The translations under genes were made by a program, and so were the position numbers. DNA of 64,000 nucleotides from Amoebidium appalachense (lineage: Eukaryota; Protista; Ichthyosporea). This document shows positions 26,518 through 39,410 of the stretch, one piece after another. The DNA lies in contig CAVNZM010000001.1 of the NCBI GenBank assembly GCA_963693365.1, forward strand, positions 6,774,907 through 6,838,906. Reading direction: 5' to 3'. Positions within the stretch are counted from its first letter, which is position 1, and each line of letters begins with the position of its first letter. The notes under the pieces are model-generated. The model saw only the letters and a list, made by a program, of their open reading frames with translations. It did no database searches and was not told the DNA's origin.

Positions 26518-28071
26518 CTACACCGCCTGATGCGCAAGAAGTGACTGTTTGGGTGCTGGGCGGAATGGATGCATAACGGTGTGCCTCCACAGCGCCAAAC
26601 CCTCCCGCCGGTGGATTCTTCTCTGCTCATGTTCCGATGACTCGGCACCACCATCATACATATCTTCCTCCTTCTCCGAGGAAGGTGCTGGTTTGAATGT
26701 TGCCCAGAGACGCCCATCCCATGCGTGATGGATCGTTTTCATGTGAACGAGAAACGACAAGTACACCATGATGCAACAGAAGATGCGGCCCATCCACATG
26801 AAAAACTGGAAATGAGTGTCGTTGTAAAGCTGATAGGTGGAGAAGATCTGTGTGCAGAAAGGGAAAATAATTCCCCACCAGCCCAGGTTGAAGGGCAGGC
26901 CCAAGTAGTCGGTTTGGATAGGCTTGCTGTTGTCCCTATCCTCTTTCGTCCCATAGCCAAAAGGTACTGGCCGCCCAAAAACGAGAAACAATTTTCTTAC
27001 GTTATGCAGCGAAAGGGTGCCTGCACACAGGAGCCACCAGCAACCAAAGCCCCACATGAGAAGACCGATCAGCATGGTGAACCCGGGTGCCATGTGCCCA
27101 AACGAACACAATGGGGCGGTGTCTGACAGAAAGTCCAAACCGGGGGCACAGAGAACACCAGTGCGCGCTAGAACGCCCACCTTCCTCCCCAAGATGAGAA
27201 TACCGCTTGCACCCTGTCCGATGGGCCCAAGGACGAGCCACGTGCTGTTACCAAGGCCCTTTGGTGGCATGCCGAAAAATACAAGGCGTGAAAAGTATAC
27301 GCAGATAATCATAGCGGCAATAAGCACACCCATCCCCCACATCACGAGAGATGTGATGACGACAGCCAACCCTCGGTCTCCGTCCAGTTTCTCTGAAAGA
27401 CTTCCTCCGCAAGCGGCTGCGACCACGTTTGCAACAAAAGGAAGGAGCCACAGCGAAGACATGGTTGCAAACGCATGTTTTTGGCGGACAATCATGTAAT
27501 AGGCAGGAACGAACGCAGCAAGAAGGGAAAGAGCAACGTCAACCCAGTAGAGAACGTAGGTGATATTAACGGCCGTGTCGTGCGACATTCCTATCATCTC
27601 GCCGAAGTTTAGGAAACCGAGCGCAACCGTCACCAGCCCCATAGGCAGGCAACCTGAAAACATGAACTGCGCTGGATGGTCGAGCATCTTTATAACTCCC
27701 TTCGTATATAATATGCACCGGAGGGAAAACAGAAGTACAAAAAAGCACCAGTAGAACATATTCCATAGCCAAATCACAACCCCAATCCATCTGAGGGCCA
27801 CGAGAAAATCACCTTCCGCACCGGGAAACGCAGCAATTGCGAGCGCGGTACCACCCCAGCCCATGGTCATACCAAACCATGCGAGCTGGAAGTTCTTGAT
27901 GATGTCAGGGCTATCATCTTGTGAGTTCTCCACTATGGCAACGGGTGGGTTGGAGCGAATAGAGGCTGTGCTTGTATTCGATTTTGCTTTGTTTTGTTTA
28001 GGCTCGCTGAGTGTGCAGGTATGGTTTGGTGCATATGCATCTGCACTAGTGTTTGGGGTGTTGGTAGCCAT
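26518..28071 (-). CDS. TDT/SLAC1-superfamily transporter (SSU1/Mae1-like sulfite or C4-dicarboxylate transporter), 517 aa, intronless
   Basis: Intact ORF with about 10 hydrophobic segments and family motifs NFQLAWFGMTMG, GCLPMG, WLLPFVANVVAAACG, WLVLGPIGQG, PFNLGWWGIIFP. Confidence 0.9.
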   Translation of the reverse strand: MATNTPNTSADAYAPNHTCTLSEPKQNKAKSNTSTASIRSNPPVAIVENSQDDSPDIIKNFQLAWFGMTMGWGGTALAIAAFPGAEGDFLVALRWIGVVIWLWNMFYWCFFVLLFSLRCILYTKGVIKMLDHPAQFMFSGCLPMGLVTVALGFLNFGEMIGMSHDTAVNITYVLYWVDVALSLLAAFVPAYYMIVRQKHAFATMSSLWLLPFVANVVAAACGGSLSEKLDGDRGLAVVITSLVMWGMGVLIAAMIICVYFSRLVFFGMPPKGLGNSTWLVLGPIGQGASGILILGRKVGVLARTGVLCAPGLDFLSDTAPLCSFGHMAPGFTMLIGLLMWGFGCWWLLCAGTLSLHNVRKLFLVFGRPVPFGYGTKEDRDNSKPIQTDYLGLPFNLGWWGIIFPFCTQIFSTYQLYNDTHFQFFMWMGRIFCCIMVYLSFLVHMKTIHHAWDGRLWATFKPAPSSEKEEDMYDGGAESSEHEQRRIHRREGLALWRHTVMHPFRPAPKQSLLAHQAV

Positions 28072-28834
28072 GCCGTCGCTAACCCTTATGTGGGTTGCCC
28101 GAACTATGTATGTTTGTGTATAGTGCTTGTATTGTCAAGTGCGTGTTTCTGTTTTAGTGATTGAGGTTCAAACCGGCGCTTGTGTGACACTGGGCCTTTC
28201 CTACGCTGGCACTTTTGCGTCGGCGCAAACTTTTATATACGCTGTCGATAGTTCCCCATAGACTCTTTTGGAATGACAGTGTCACAGCAGGGCAGCTCTT
28301 GCAGCTCACGTCCAGCCTGGGCCTCCTGAACCAGAACACCACGGCTATATTAGCATAGCGCAATCCAACTAAATTCTATATAAAAATGAAACCTATGGAA
28401 CTCCTTATTTGTTTTGTGCAAAACTTTGGGTTATATTCCCCGCTATTCGCCGTTGTCGAGTCGCCGAACAGTGCAACCACCGTCCGCGGCCGTGTGACGT
28501 GATGGTAGTACTCAGGTCAGTACTCATGCGTGTACAGTAGAGACAAATATCAACAAATCATCTTCATCTTTTGATGAAAACAAGGCTGGATATTTGATTG
28601 GTGCTGCGTACTGATTCAGCCTGATTGGTTCAAGCAGCAAATCGATAGCCAAGCATCACATTTTTTCGGCGGAATGGGCCCAGGTTACTGTATAAATCAT
28701 GCACAATGCAGCACGGTACATACCTGAAAGATTTTCTTGACCTTGAAAGATAATGTCAAACATATCAAGCGCTGGCATATTCTTTGTTTTTGCTCCCTCA
28801 GGCGCAGTGCGCTTCAGCGGTGCACCCATTAAAA

Positions 28835-29334
28835 TCAACGGAGAAGCGAAGCTTCGCAGTTCTCATCCTACAGCCCCAGCCGGGATTTGTGATTGAGTGA
28901 GTGATGAGTGAGTCAACGGAGAAGCGAAGCTTCGCAGTTCTCATCCTACAGCCCCAGCCGGGATTTTTGTGATTGAGTGAGTGATGAGTGAGTGACTGAT
29001 GAGTGAGCGATTACACTTTCCCGGCAGATTATTGCGCGCGTTCAAAAGCCTTTTATAATTATTCGCAGATTTTGGGCCTATTGATTGGACCAGATCAGTC
29101 CGATTTGTGGAACCGGATTGCTTTTGGATCCCTTCCGCGATTCTGTGCCCTGTGGGACTTAACGTTTTTAATGTCGGCACACGATTGGTGTACAGGGCCG
29201 GCGGCGATCGCTTTATTGCTTAAGCGGCGAGCCTAGGAATATGCTTTGGAATTCTAGATAAAACTACATTCTCCTGGATCGATCTAAATCAACGGAGAAG
29301 CGAAGCTTAGCAGTTCTCATCCTACAGCCCCAGC
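28835..29334 (+). repeat. Three copies of a ~46-bp hairpin motif, probably the terminus of a Helitron/Helentron-like non-autonomous family
   Basis: TCAACGGAGAAGCGAAGCTTCGCAGTTCTCATCCTACAGCCCCAGC occurs at 28835, 28913 and 29289. The first two copies are followed by (GAGT/GATGA) microsatellite. The family assignment is inference. Confidence 0.6.
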
Positions 29335-30771
29335 GAGACCAAAAACCTGGCCCGACCATTGGTGATCATGTAATGGCTCGGCCCTGATAAGTCGCCGATC
29401 ACGTGCCGGGCCTTTGGTTCGCGAATGGTCAGATTTGGCGGGAGCCGCAAAGGATGACACCGCAGTAATTTCATCGGTAATTGCAGTGGTTACTGTAATT
29501 GTGATTGGTTACCAGACCTACAGCGCACCCGGGTTTGCGGAAAGTCAGGCGGAGCTGATTGACGCTTAGCCTGTGCGCATGCAATTCCCCAGCGCGAACT
29601 GAAATATTTCAATTTTAAGTCGCTGATCACGTGCTCATGGGTTCCACCCCCCCTTTTTTTTCCCCTTTTAAAACGATTTGTGTCCTTCTTGATCACTTTA
29701 CCCCCAATGAAAAATGAGTAACATAAATTGTTACTCATCTCGTATCCCGGGAATTTTTGGAAAATGGCTCAACCCGGGATGAGTAACTTTTTAAGTTAAC
29801 CATTACCCTCCGTCAAAGAACCAGACTTTTGTACCTTGAAAATGGTCATGTAGAGTTGAAGTTTTCTATGAACAAAGCAAATACATTTCTTTACCAAGGC
29901 GCAGCAAGAAAACATGGTGTTTTGTAGCAAAATATTGCTCTGCGACAGCAGGATCATCAACCGCCGGCGGATTTTTTTGTATAGCCGCGGCTGAGCCGCC
30001 GCATTGCCGGACCATCAGCAGTGTCGCCGCCCGCCGCCCAAAATCACTAATAATTGATCTGGCACGGATGAGTAACATTAAAAGTTACTCATTTCAACCA
30101 CGCTACCCCTTCACGATCGCTCATAGTAAACACAAGAAAATAGACATTAACACCCCAAAAATTTATATGAGCGCGTTCGTCACGATGACAGGTGAGTTTC
30201 GTACTAAATAACATGGGTCGTAGTGCGTCAGAGTAAAAAACTCTGAGCGCCGCAAAGTTGAGTGTTGTTTAATGGTTACTCATCTAAAAGCATGGGGGCT
30301 ATGTATATATATGTCCATCTTGCACGGTTACCATGCATATGGTGGCTTACCAACTATCATACCACTACGTTTGCGCAATCACTATGGCTGCGCCATCACC
30401 TACGATAGACCTACCTCTATTTAGATAGAACAACCCCCAAGGGGGGAAACGAAGGGTTGTTTTAGCCCAGGCGTGACTGTACGTACAAGCAATTCGTAAG
30501 CCTTCGAGACATTTTCGAGCAATCAATGAGGTAGGTAAGGGAATGTGAAGCCTGCAATGAGAGATAAAATTCGAATGCATGGGGGCTGTGTGGACTTTCA
30601 GGAGAATTAAGCTGTAAACACTTCTTTGCGTTCCAACCTTCGCAATGTCAAGTTCAAGGGCCTTTGTTTTGTTTTCAGTTGTCATCTGAGGAATTCTTGG
30701 CACATTCCAGTGATCACTGATCAGCTGAACGGCTTTTATATAGCCAATCGTATGCCAGAAACTGTTTGTTT

Positions 30772-30984
30772 TGCCCGAGCGAGATCACGTGACCTCGCCC
30801 GCACTGGGGTATAGGCAGGCGCACCCGGCTCACGGCAGCCAGATTGGCCATCGCTCACAAGCACAGGCCCAATACAGACTCTCAGCAGCTCTGTGTGAGT
30901 CCCGTCACCGTCCCTCACACACTAAGTGCCTCGTTCCCCTTTTTCCCTCTTGTTCCTTAGTCCCATGTACCACTAGCTTAGGCA
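30772..30984 (+). repeat. 5' LTR (213 bp)
   Basis: TGCCCGAGCG...GCTTAGGCA, identical by eye to 49167-49379. Confidence 0.97.
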
Positions 30985-30995
30985 TGGTAGCAGAG
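30985..30995 (+). promoter_or_regulatory. Primer-binding site for tRNA-iMet
   Basis: TGGTAGCAGAG lies immediately after the LTR and is complementary to the CUCUGCUACCA 3' end of animal-type initiator tRNA-Met. Confidence 0.85.
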
Positions 30996-32487
30996 TTTGT
31001 TCCTTCCTGTTGAAGACCTCTTGGCTTATGGGATTCTTCCCAGGTACGTTTCCCTGGTTTTGCTCTGTTCGCCGGTCGTATCGCCAGTTCGTTACACTAT
31101 TCCGGCGCTGCTAGTTGGCTCGCACTAGCCCGTTATGGGCCCCGGGTGTATGCGCGCCCGCTAGCCGCTTACCACTTTGTGTTCCCTCTCTTTACTTCTT
31201 TCTTACCTCTTGTGTCTTGCATGCTCCTTTATTATTTTTATTATTTTTCTGTCTTTGTTACCCGCTTTCGTAAGCACCTCTGCCTCAGCGTGCACAGCAC
31301 ACTTTTGGTCCGCACACACCTTCTTGCACTTCCCACTTCCCGTGTGTGCATTGCCCCGCAGAGAAACGCTTGTGTGCGCCTTTTTCGTGCTTTGCTTTTG
31401 TGTTATTCTTCACTGTTTATTTTTGTTTTTGTTTTTCGTCTCTTTTTTTTATCACTTTCTTTTTTGTCTTTTCCCCTTCTGCTTGTCTGCGACCTACGCC
31501 ATCAAAAAAAGCTTTACACTTTTACCCTCCTCGCTACTAGCCAATCGGGCGCCACTTGCTGTCGTGTATTATAACCAATCAGCGCGATCGCTCTTTTGGC
31601 CGTGGCTCGGAACTCTGTGTGTCCAATCATTGCGGCGTAGATCTATTTTAGGAAGTTGCTTTTTTCTGTTTACCAATCGTGTCCCGGGACCCTTGTCATT
31701 CCAGTGTTTTCTGTGCACTTTCGCTAGCTTAGCTGCTTTTGGGTTGTGCTTCGCTGGCGCATGCGTTGTTGTTGCTGTTATTAGTGCTTGGCATTTAATA
31801 TTCTCCGTTGTTTTCTGCGTTATTTTTGTTTTCCGCATGTTTAATTGTACTTGCTGTAAGTACTGCATATTTTCCGTCGTGTAATTTTACCCTGCTCTCC
31901 TGACGTCACGTTTTGTCGGTTGCTGCCGTTGCGTTGCTGTACGTGCGCCTTTTCCCGCACACTACCCGCATTCCTGTTGCGCACCGCTGCTGTGTGACGT
32001 CATCTTCTGTTCCTTCGTTCTTGATCGCTGCATGTGTCCGATCGATCGCGTAATCGCTTGTAATCGGATCCGATCGGCGCCGCAAATACGCGATTTACAT
32101 ACTGTTCTGATTTATGTTTCGTCATTTTTCTTTTCTTCGGGTACGTATGCAGCCTAACGTCTTTAGGCTACCCCCGCTGACCCTGGATTCAGATCGTGCT
32201 GCTTGGCCGTGCAATTCTGTCTTTCGTGTTTTGTTGTTTGGTTTGTAAGTGTCTGTTGCTTTCAGTTTCTTTGGTTTCTTTCATTTGTTTGGAGGTTTAC
32301 CTAGTTATCACCATTAAAGTCTTGTGTTGTTTAGAGGGGTTGATTCCCTGATAGGTAGAACTAGTGACTGTTTATCTCTCCCCTGTTTTTCCTTGTCCTG
32401 TTGTGTTTTTCAGCTACCCCTGCCTACCTTACTCCTACCTTATCTTGTGGAGAACGGAGTAGCTTTTCACCACCCTCCACTTCTCAG

Positions 32488-33219
32488 ATGGCTGCCCAGC
32501 TAGCCGCCGCCCCGCAGCAACTACCGCCCGCCCCCAACGTCCCGCCCGGCTCCTGGTGCCCCCACCGCCGTGCAGACTGCCACGGCCGCCCACATTGGGA
32601 CGCCGCCAACAACCGCTACACCACCCACTCCGCCAACTTCCGGGGCTGCCCCCACTATCGCGCCAACCGTCAAGGTCGCGCAGCTCCTCAAGACCCCCCT
32701 CCTCCCCCTCCGGCGGCCCAGTACCCTCCCCCTGTTGGCTACTACATGTACTACCCCAATGGTACGATTCCCCCTTCCCCCCTCAAAGCGAGCAACGTCC
32801 CATTGCTCAAGCTGAGGAACCGCCTGGCTCGCTTCCCCCGTCCCCCGAGCCAGCTTCCCCCCCTGTGCCCCCGCGTAGGCATTCGTCTCCCCCTAGTACC
32901 TACGCCTGCACTGGCACAAACCCTTCGTTTTGCCGCTTCTGTTGCATCCCTAAGCGACAAAATGCCTTCTCTCGCCTCTCCAATGCAGGCCCCTGCACCT
33001 GCTCTTTCGGCCTTCCTGCGCCCGGCCGCCTCCCCACTCACCCATCCCCGTGCCGCTATCCCTCACACCACCCACGCCCCCGTCTCCCCCACATCCCCTC
33101 AACCCCGTGCCGCTGTCCCTCACATTCCCCCTCCCTCCAATCCCACTTCCCCTGCCCGCCCGGCCTACCGGCCACCACAACCACCCCCTCCCCCCCCCCA
33201 CCGACCCCACCCTCAATGA
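32488..33219 (+). pseudogene. Gag remnant: CCHC-like zinc-binding motif plus Pro-rich tract
   Basis: WCPHRRADC...H......CPHY lies upstream of the protease. No capsid domain is recognisable. Confidence 0.5.
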
Positions 33220-33619
33220 CCGCCGTGTGCACAAAACCCACACGCTTAAGGTCGGCATAAGCTTTAAGGGTGCACTCACCGGTACGCTTGCATCTGTACC
33301 GCAATCCCAACCTTCCCCTGCTCGACCGCACCCGGTAGTGTTTGCCGTCACCCCTGATACACATGGGGCTGACGCCGACCGATACCGCAATGGTCGCTGG
33401 TTACCTCGCAAGCGTAAGATTGCACTTCCCGCTCGTTTCCTCCGTCCCCCCACCCAACCCTCTACCCCATCCCCCCCTGCTTCCCGCCCCTCTCCCCCCA
33501 CCCCCTTCCAATCCACTCCCCTCCCCCCCAGCTCCCTCATTCATTCTACCCTTCGTTCCCCCACAGGTCTCCCCACTTCCCCCCTCCCCTTCCGCATTCT
33601 CTCCACTTCCCCTACCCAC

Positions 33620-34070
33620 TCTCGATCTGACTATACCGCACAAGCCCTCCATCTTCCCGCTACCCTTGATGGGAAAGATTTCGAAGTGTGCGCTGACACT
33701 GGCAGTTACATAACCATTATTTCTCGCTCTGTATTTGATCAACTCAATGATGCCCGCTCGCACAAGAAACTCCCGCTTCTCACTTTGCACACTGGGCATT
33801 CTGATCGTGCCGTTGGTGCAAATAACTTGTCTATTGAACTGCTTGGCACCACCGCCCTCACTATTCAAATTGCACACATCAGGCGTAAGATACGCGTGTA
33901 TGTGACTCCCTCCCTTGCCCTACCTGTCATTTTGGGCATGGATTACTGGGCCACACTTTTGCATGCCGGTGTGCACACTGCTCTCCTTGACTGGCGCACA
34001 CTTATGATTGGTAACCCCAGCCTCGGCTGGCATGAGCTTCCCTGCACAGTGGATACTGTCCCCACCGCAC
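33620..34070 (+). pseudogene. Retropepsin-like aspartic protease domain
   Basis: LPATLDGKDFEVCADTGSYITIIS ... VILGMDYW within ORF 33050-34393. It is not continuous with the RT ORF. Confidence 0.9.
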
Positions 34071-35374
34071 ACCACCACCCCCCAACTATGTCAGTTAAAC
34101 GTACTGCCACACAAGCTATCGCCACCTTTACCATCGGCTGCCTCATTACTCACACATACTCCCCCTCCCCTCCCTCCACCCAACCTCCCCCCACCCCCAC
34201 CCCCACCCCCTCCCTCCCTCTCGCCCTCCACCCTTTCCACCCACCCCCACCAACTCATTTTCCACCCCCGTCTTCCTCTCTCCCACTCTCCTACCGCGGC
34301 CTGAACAAGGCCTCCCCGCTGTGCCTGCTTCTGCACTACCCGCTGCATCGCTGTCCTCGGGCGCCGCACTGTCATGGACTTCTAAATATCTAGCCTCCTG
34401 TAATATCTCTCTCAATGCAAATCCCGAAAATTCGTTCCAGGATGGCCAGCGGCCTCCTGATGTTAATGAAAATTCCTTTTGTCCAATGCAAATTGACCCG
34501 TCTGCAGCTGATGTATCTCCAATTCCCCCTTCCCCTTTCCTCCATCCTTCCCTATCCCCCCCCTTCCCCTCACCCCCCCTCACCCCCCAATCCCCCATCC
34601 CCCCACACCGTGACACACACTCCCACAACCCCCCGCCCGCCCACCGCCGCCCCACCCACCATAGTAGGCTGTGTCACTGGCTTTGTTTACAGCCGCGCCT
34701 CCGATAAGTCTAGCGTTTGGCTCCCTATGGGTGTTAGTGGTTTGCCATTCACTCTCAGCGACCCAACACCACTACCGCCGACCGACATAATAACCCCTAG
34801 TTCACAGCGCGACCCCTCCCCCCCCACCCCCATCCACCCTCCATCCACGTCAATCCGCCACCCCAACCACCCCCCCCACCCTTCCCTGCCCCCACCAACC
34901 CCCCCGATCGCGCTGCGGACTTGCGACTACCCACCGAAGTCCCTCTTTCCAATCGAATCCCCCTAAACCCCCGTCAGACTCTCTCCCCTGCCCCCCCCCC
35001 ATCCTTCCGCCTTTCCCCCACCCACTCCCTCACCCACAAACACCCCTTTCCCACCCATCCCCACACACATACCACCTCCGTTTTCAACCTCTACTCAACC
35101 GACCCCCGAACCCGCTGTTCCCTCTAAACCCTCGAATCCATTTCCAACTCCCCTTGGCCCCTCACACCCCCCTATCCCTCATACCGCCCCTTCCCCTTCC
35201 CCTTCCCCCCTCCCTCCTTCTTTTTCTCACCCCCCTCTGCTAAGCCTTTGTCACGTACCGCCGAATGGTACTATAGGCCACCCCCTCATGCCTATATCTC
35301 CCCTGCTCAAGCGATTTCGGCCGCTATCTCGGCCGCCAATCAAAATCCCCTTTCGCCCTCCACACCAGAAACCA

Positions 35375-37509
35375 CATATTATGTGCGGTGTGCTGATAAT
35401 TTTTTAATGCCACCTCACACGGCATATGATCTCCCCTGATAGTATATCCCAGGCTTACAAAAACAGCACTTTTACGAACTTGCTGAAATTTCCCCAAGTA
35501 GAGACCCCAAACACTTGCGCAAATTGGATGGTCTTGACGTTGGGTACCACCTAGTTGATTTACTCCCCGACCAGAAATGTTACTTGCACGTGATGAACTT
35601 AACCAATCACCCCATCAAGTTACACAAAACCTCGGTTATTGCCGTATGCACTGTCGGACATATTGCATACACTGCTCCGTGCCCAGATATCGAAATTACG
35701 ATAGACCCCCATAACCTCAAAAACAATATGGAAAACACGCTTGTGCAAGAGATATACGCACACCAAGCTGCTTTATCCCACTCTACACGTGCACGTTCCG
35801 CCGCACAAGCACCGCACTTGGTGGCTGCCCTGCAACCCCCCAACAAACGTGCACGCATAGCGGATTCTGAAGAACCCCCCCAGCCCCCTCCGGCTGCCAA
35901 GTCGCATGATCCCACTTATGATCAAACTTTTGATTATGAGGGCATTAATGATAGTGTTGCTCCTGAACCTTCAAAAACAATGACTGAAAAAGACATAGAA
36001 GAACTACGGGATACCCACTTATCACATTTATCCCCCGATCAACAAGATCGCATGCTCGCTCTCTTAAAAAAATACCAAGAACTTACAAACAGCGATGTGA
36101 TTGGCTCAATGACCAAAGCCACCAATCACTACCACTACATCACACTCACGGATTCAAAACCGGTGTCATGCAAAACACGACGCTATTCAGAAACCGAACG
36201 CCAAGTTATATCCAAAGAAGTCAAGGATATGCTTGAGAAAGGAGTTATACGCGAATCTCGAAGTCTTTATAACAACCCAATCGTATTGGTTAAGAAGAAA
36301 AATGGCACAATTCGTTTTTGCTTTGACGCGAGGGCAGCCAATCGAATCACTTTAAAAACCCTCTACCACATGCCCCGCGTAGATGACTCACTTGACGCTA
36401 TACGCGGCGCATCTGTCTTTACGTTATGTGACGCAAAATCGGGATATTGGCAAGTGCTGATGCACCCTGATTCAGCACCCGTTACCGCATTCACAGTACC
36501 TGATGGCCACTTTGAATTTGTCGCCATGCCTTTTGGGTTAAAAAATGCACCCGCTGATTATCAACGCATGATGAATTTCGTGCTACACGGCCTAACTTGG
36601 AATTTCGTAACCGTTTATTTGGACGACATTTTGATATACAGCAAAAAATTTGATGAACATTTAGGCCATCTTGAAATCGTATTCAAGCGCCTACTTGAAA
36701 ACGGCGTACGCCTGAATATGACCAAATGCTCATTTGCAGTCCCAGAAGCCGTTTACCTCGGCCACCTCATATCTGCAAAAGGCATACGTGTTGAACCCAA
36801 AAAATTACAAGCCGTTCGTGATTGGATCCCCCCACAAAATCCAAAGGAAATTTTATCTTTCCTCGGATTTGCGGGCCACTATCGCCGCTTTTGCAAAGAT
36901 TTTAGCGCCACCGCAAAACCACTACGTGATCTCACCCTCATTGGTGCTGAATGGCGTTGGACAGAAGAGCACACTGCCGCATTTGAACAACTTAAGCAGT
37001 TGCTTCTTAGCGACCCCGTTGTCCACCACCCCGATTTTTCTAAACCATTCTACATTGCATGTGATGGTTCCACCCGCGGCCTGGGTGCCGTGCTCTATCA
37101 AATGGGTGATAACGCTGACGAACACCCCATTGCATACGCAAGCCGCGCACTACATGGCGCTGAAAAAAATTATGCACCCACAGAATTGGAAGCACTTGCA
37201 TGTGTGTATGCCGTGCAGCAATTCCGCCCCTATGTCTACGGTAATCGCTTTATTATGATTACCGACCACAGTGCTTTACAGTTCCTCATGATCAAGGAGC
37301 AGCTGACTGGCCGTCTAGCCCGCTGGGCGTTACAGCTGTCTGAATACGATTTTGATATTGTACATAGGCCCGGCAAGCTTCACGTGGTCCCAGACGCACT
37401 GTCCAGGCAGGCGCAGTTTCCCCCCGCTGTCCCTCTCGTGTCTGCCCCCCTCGTACCCCCCTCCTCCTCTCCTCCTCCCCCCGCCGCCCCCCCACCCCAC
37501 TCTTCCCAT
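35375..37509 (+). pseudogene. Pol 5' part: dUTPase-like spacer, reverse transcriptase, RNase H
   Basis: DAKSGYWQV, MPFGLKNAP, VYLDDILIYS, CDGSTRGLGAVL, NYAPTELE, TDHSAL, DALSR. Interrupted by the insertion at ~37510. Confidence 0.95.
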
Positions 37510-39248
37510 CAGCAAACTTCCCGGCGGTATTGCCAATATTGTGAGGCTATTATCTATTGCCAATATCGTAAAAATACCAGATTAATACTGAAGTAATATC
37601 AATTATCCATTGCCAATGTATTGCGAGTAGAGATTTTCTGTGGTAGAGACGCTATAGAATTGTAATAGAACTGTAAATATTGACGTAATATCGGCAACAT
37701 ATTTTGATATTATTGTCATACCATGCCGGGTCTACCACCAATAACTATATACCGTATGAGTAATGTACTGGCAATATCTCAAAACGCGTGTACGTGTGCC
37801 TATTAACAATACAATTTCGATATTGTCAATGTATTTATTCGGTATTATACTATTGCTTGCGGAGTATTGTCAATAAGTTATGAATATATAACATGTAGGA
37901 TAATTTTGTGTCAAATTATGGTATTGTCCAACGTGGCAAGACTATTGCCAATATATTATGAATGTATTATTCCTGACCATTTTGGGTTATTGGCAATATA
38001 CCCAATACATATGTCCCATATGGCCGATACAAACATAACGTCGCTATTGGTTATAGGGTTGTGATATGCTTATAATAGGGTCTCAATACGGTCCAAATGT
38101 ATTGCCAATGTATCCGTCACAATATCAAGACTATTATGCACCTATTATCTACTATTAGGTAAAAGCAACCGAAAATATGGGGCGTGTATTTTATTGCCAA
38201 TATATTGGTACAATATTGGGGATGAAAGAACAGGTCACTTTACCTATGTAGTTGCAATATTGTGAATGTATTGCCAACACATGTTCAACAAACATGTTCG
38301 GAGTGTAGTCCTTGTATGCGCAGTACATTGCTAATACCGTGGTATTAGGGTGGACATATACTGACATTATGTAGATCATATCCTACCCATATCACATCCA
38401 TATTAGTAGGACATAAACATGATATAGCAAGAAAACTTTTATCCTATTGCGAATATCTAAGGCACAAGTGGTATTGGCAATGTCACGAATACATCTATAA
38501 TACTGTCACCAATACGGACACAGCTAAGGACACCATATATTGGTTATAGTCTCAGTATATACTGCCAGTATGTTCGAATGCGAACAAATCATTACGTAGG
38601 AGGTACTATCAATATACTACCAGTACCTGTACGATATACACACGTCATATACAATACATTTGCAGTATAATATGGGTGCATTTCCGTACCAAGATTGAGA
38701 AGGGCAACGGCCATAACAAGTGGTCCTCACGTTTTTAGCACCTCAAAATATAAAAGTTCTTTGTTTTGAATACTGTTCCTGGGGAAGATGTTCCCGTGGT
38801 CCGTGGTACAAACGTCACCGAACGTCCTACCATTAAACCTTTCACCAGCCTACATCCTGTGTAAGCGGTAGGTTATAAAACTTGAAGTAGCATAAGGATA
38901 ATACAGGAAAGTAATGACAACCCCCCCCCCCCCCCCCTCCCCCCCCCCCCCCCCCCCCCCCCCCAACCCAACCCAACCCTAAAAAAAATATAAAAAAAAC
39001 CTGGAGGAATAGAGTAAAAATTCTGAAATGCAAATCTAAGAGAACTCGCAGTCCCTACACACGTCCCCGAGACGCATCAAAGTTTACAGCATCCCCCCCC
39101 TCCTCCCCCTCCATTTTGTTTTAGTCCTATGTCTTTATGCCCCCTTGTTACTTGCAATACTTTTCTTTCTTCGAAACATCCCTCACTCCCCTCACCCCCT
39201 TCCCCCCCAAACCCATCACCACGGACGCTGCCAGTGTAACCACTCACA

Positions 39249-39410
<162 letters not shown>

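Noticed and set aside
31146-31884. Hydrophobic ORFs in the LTR leader, suggesting an env-like or membrane protein
   Set aside because: Phe/Leu/Cys richness follows from T-rich low-complexity DNA, the starts are non-ATG, and several frames overlap.
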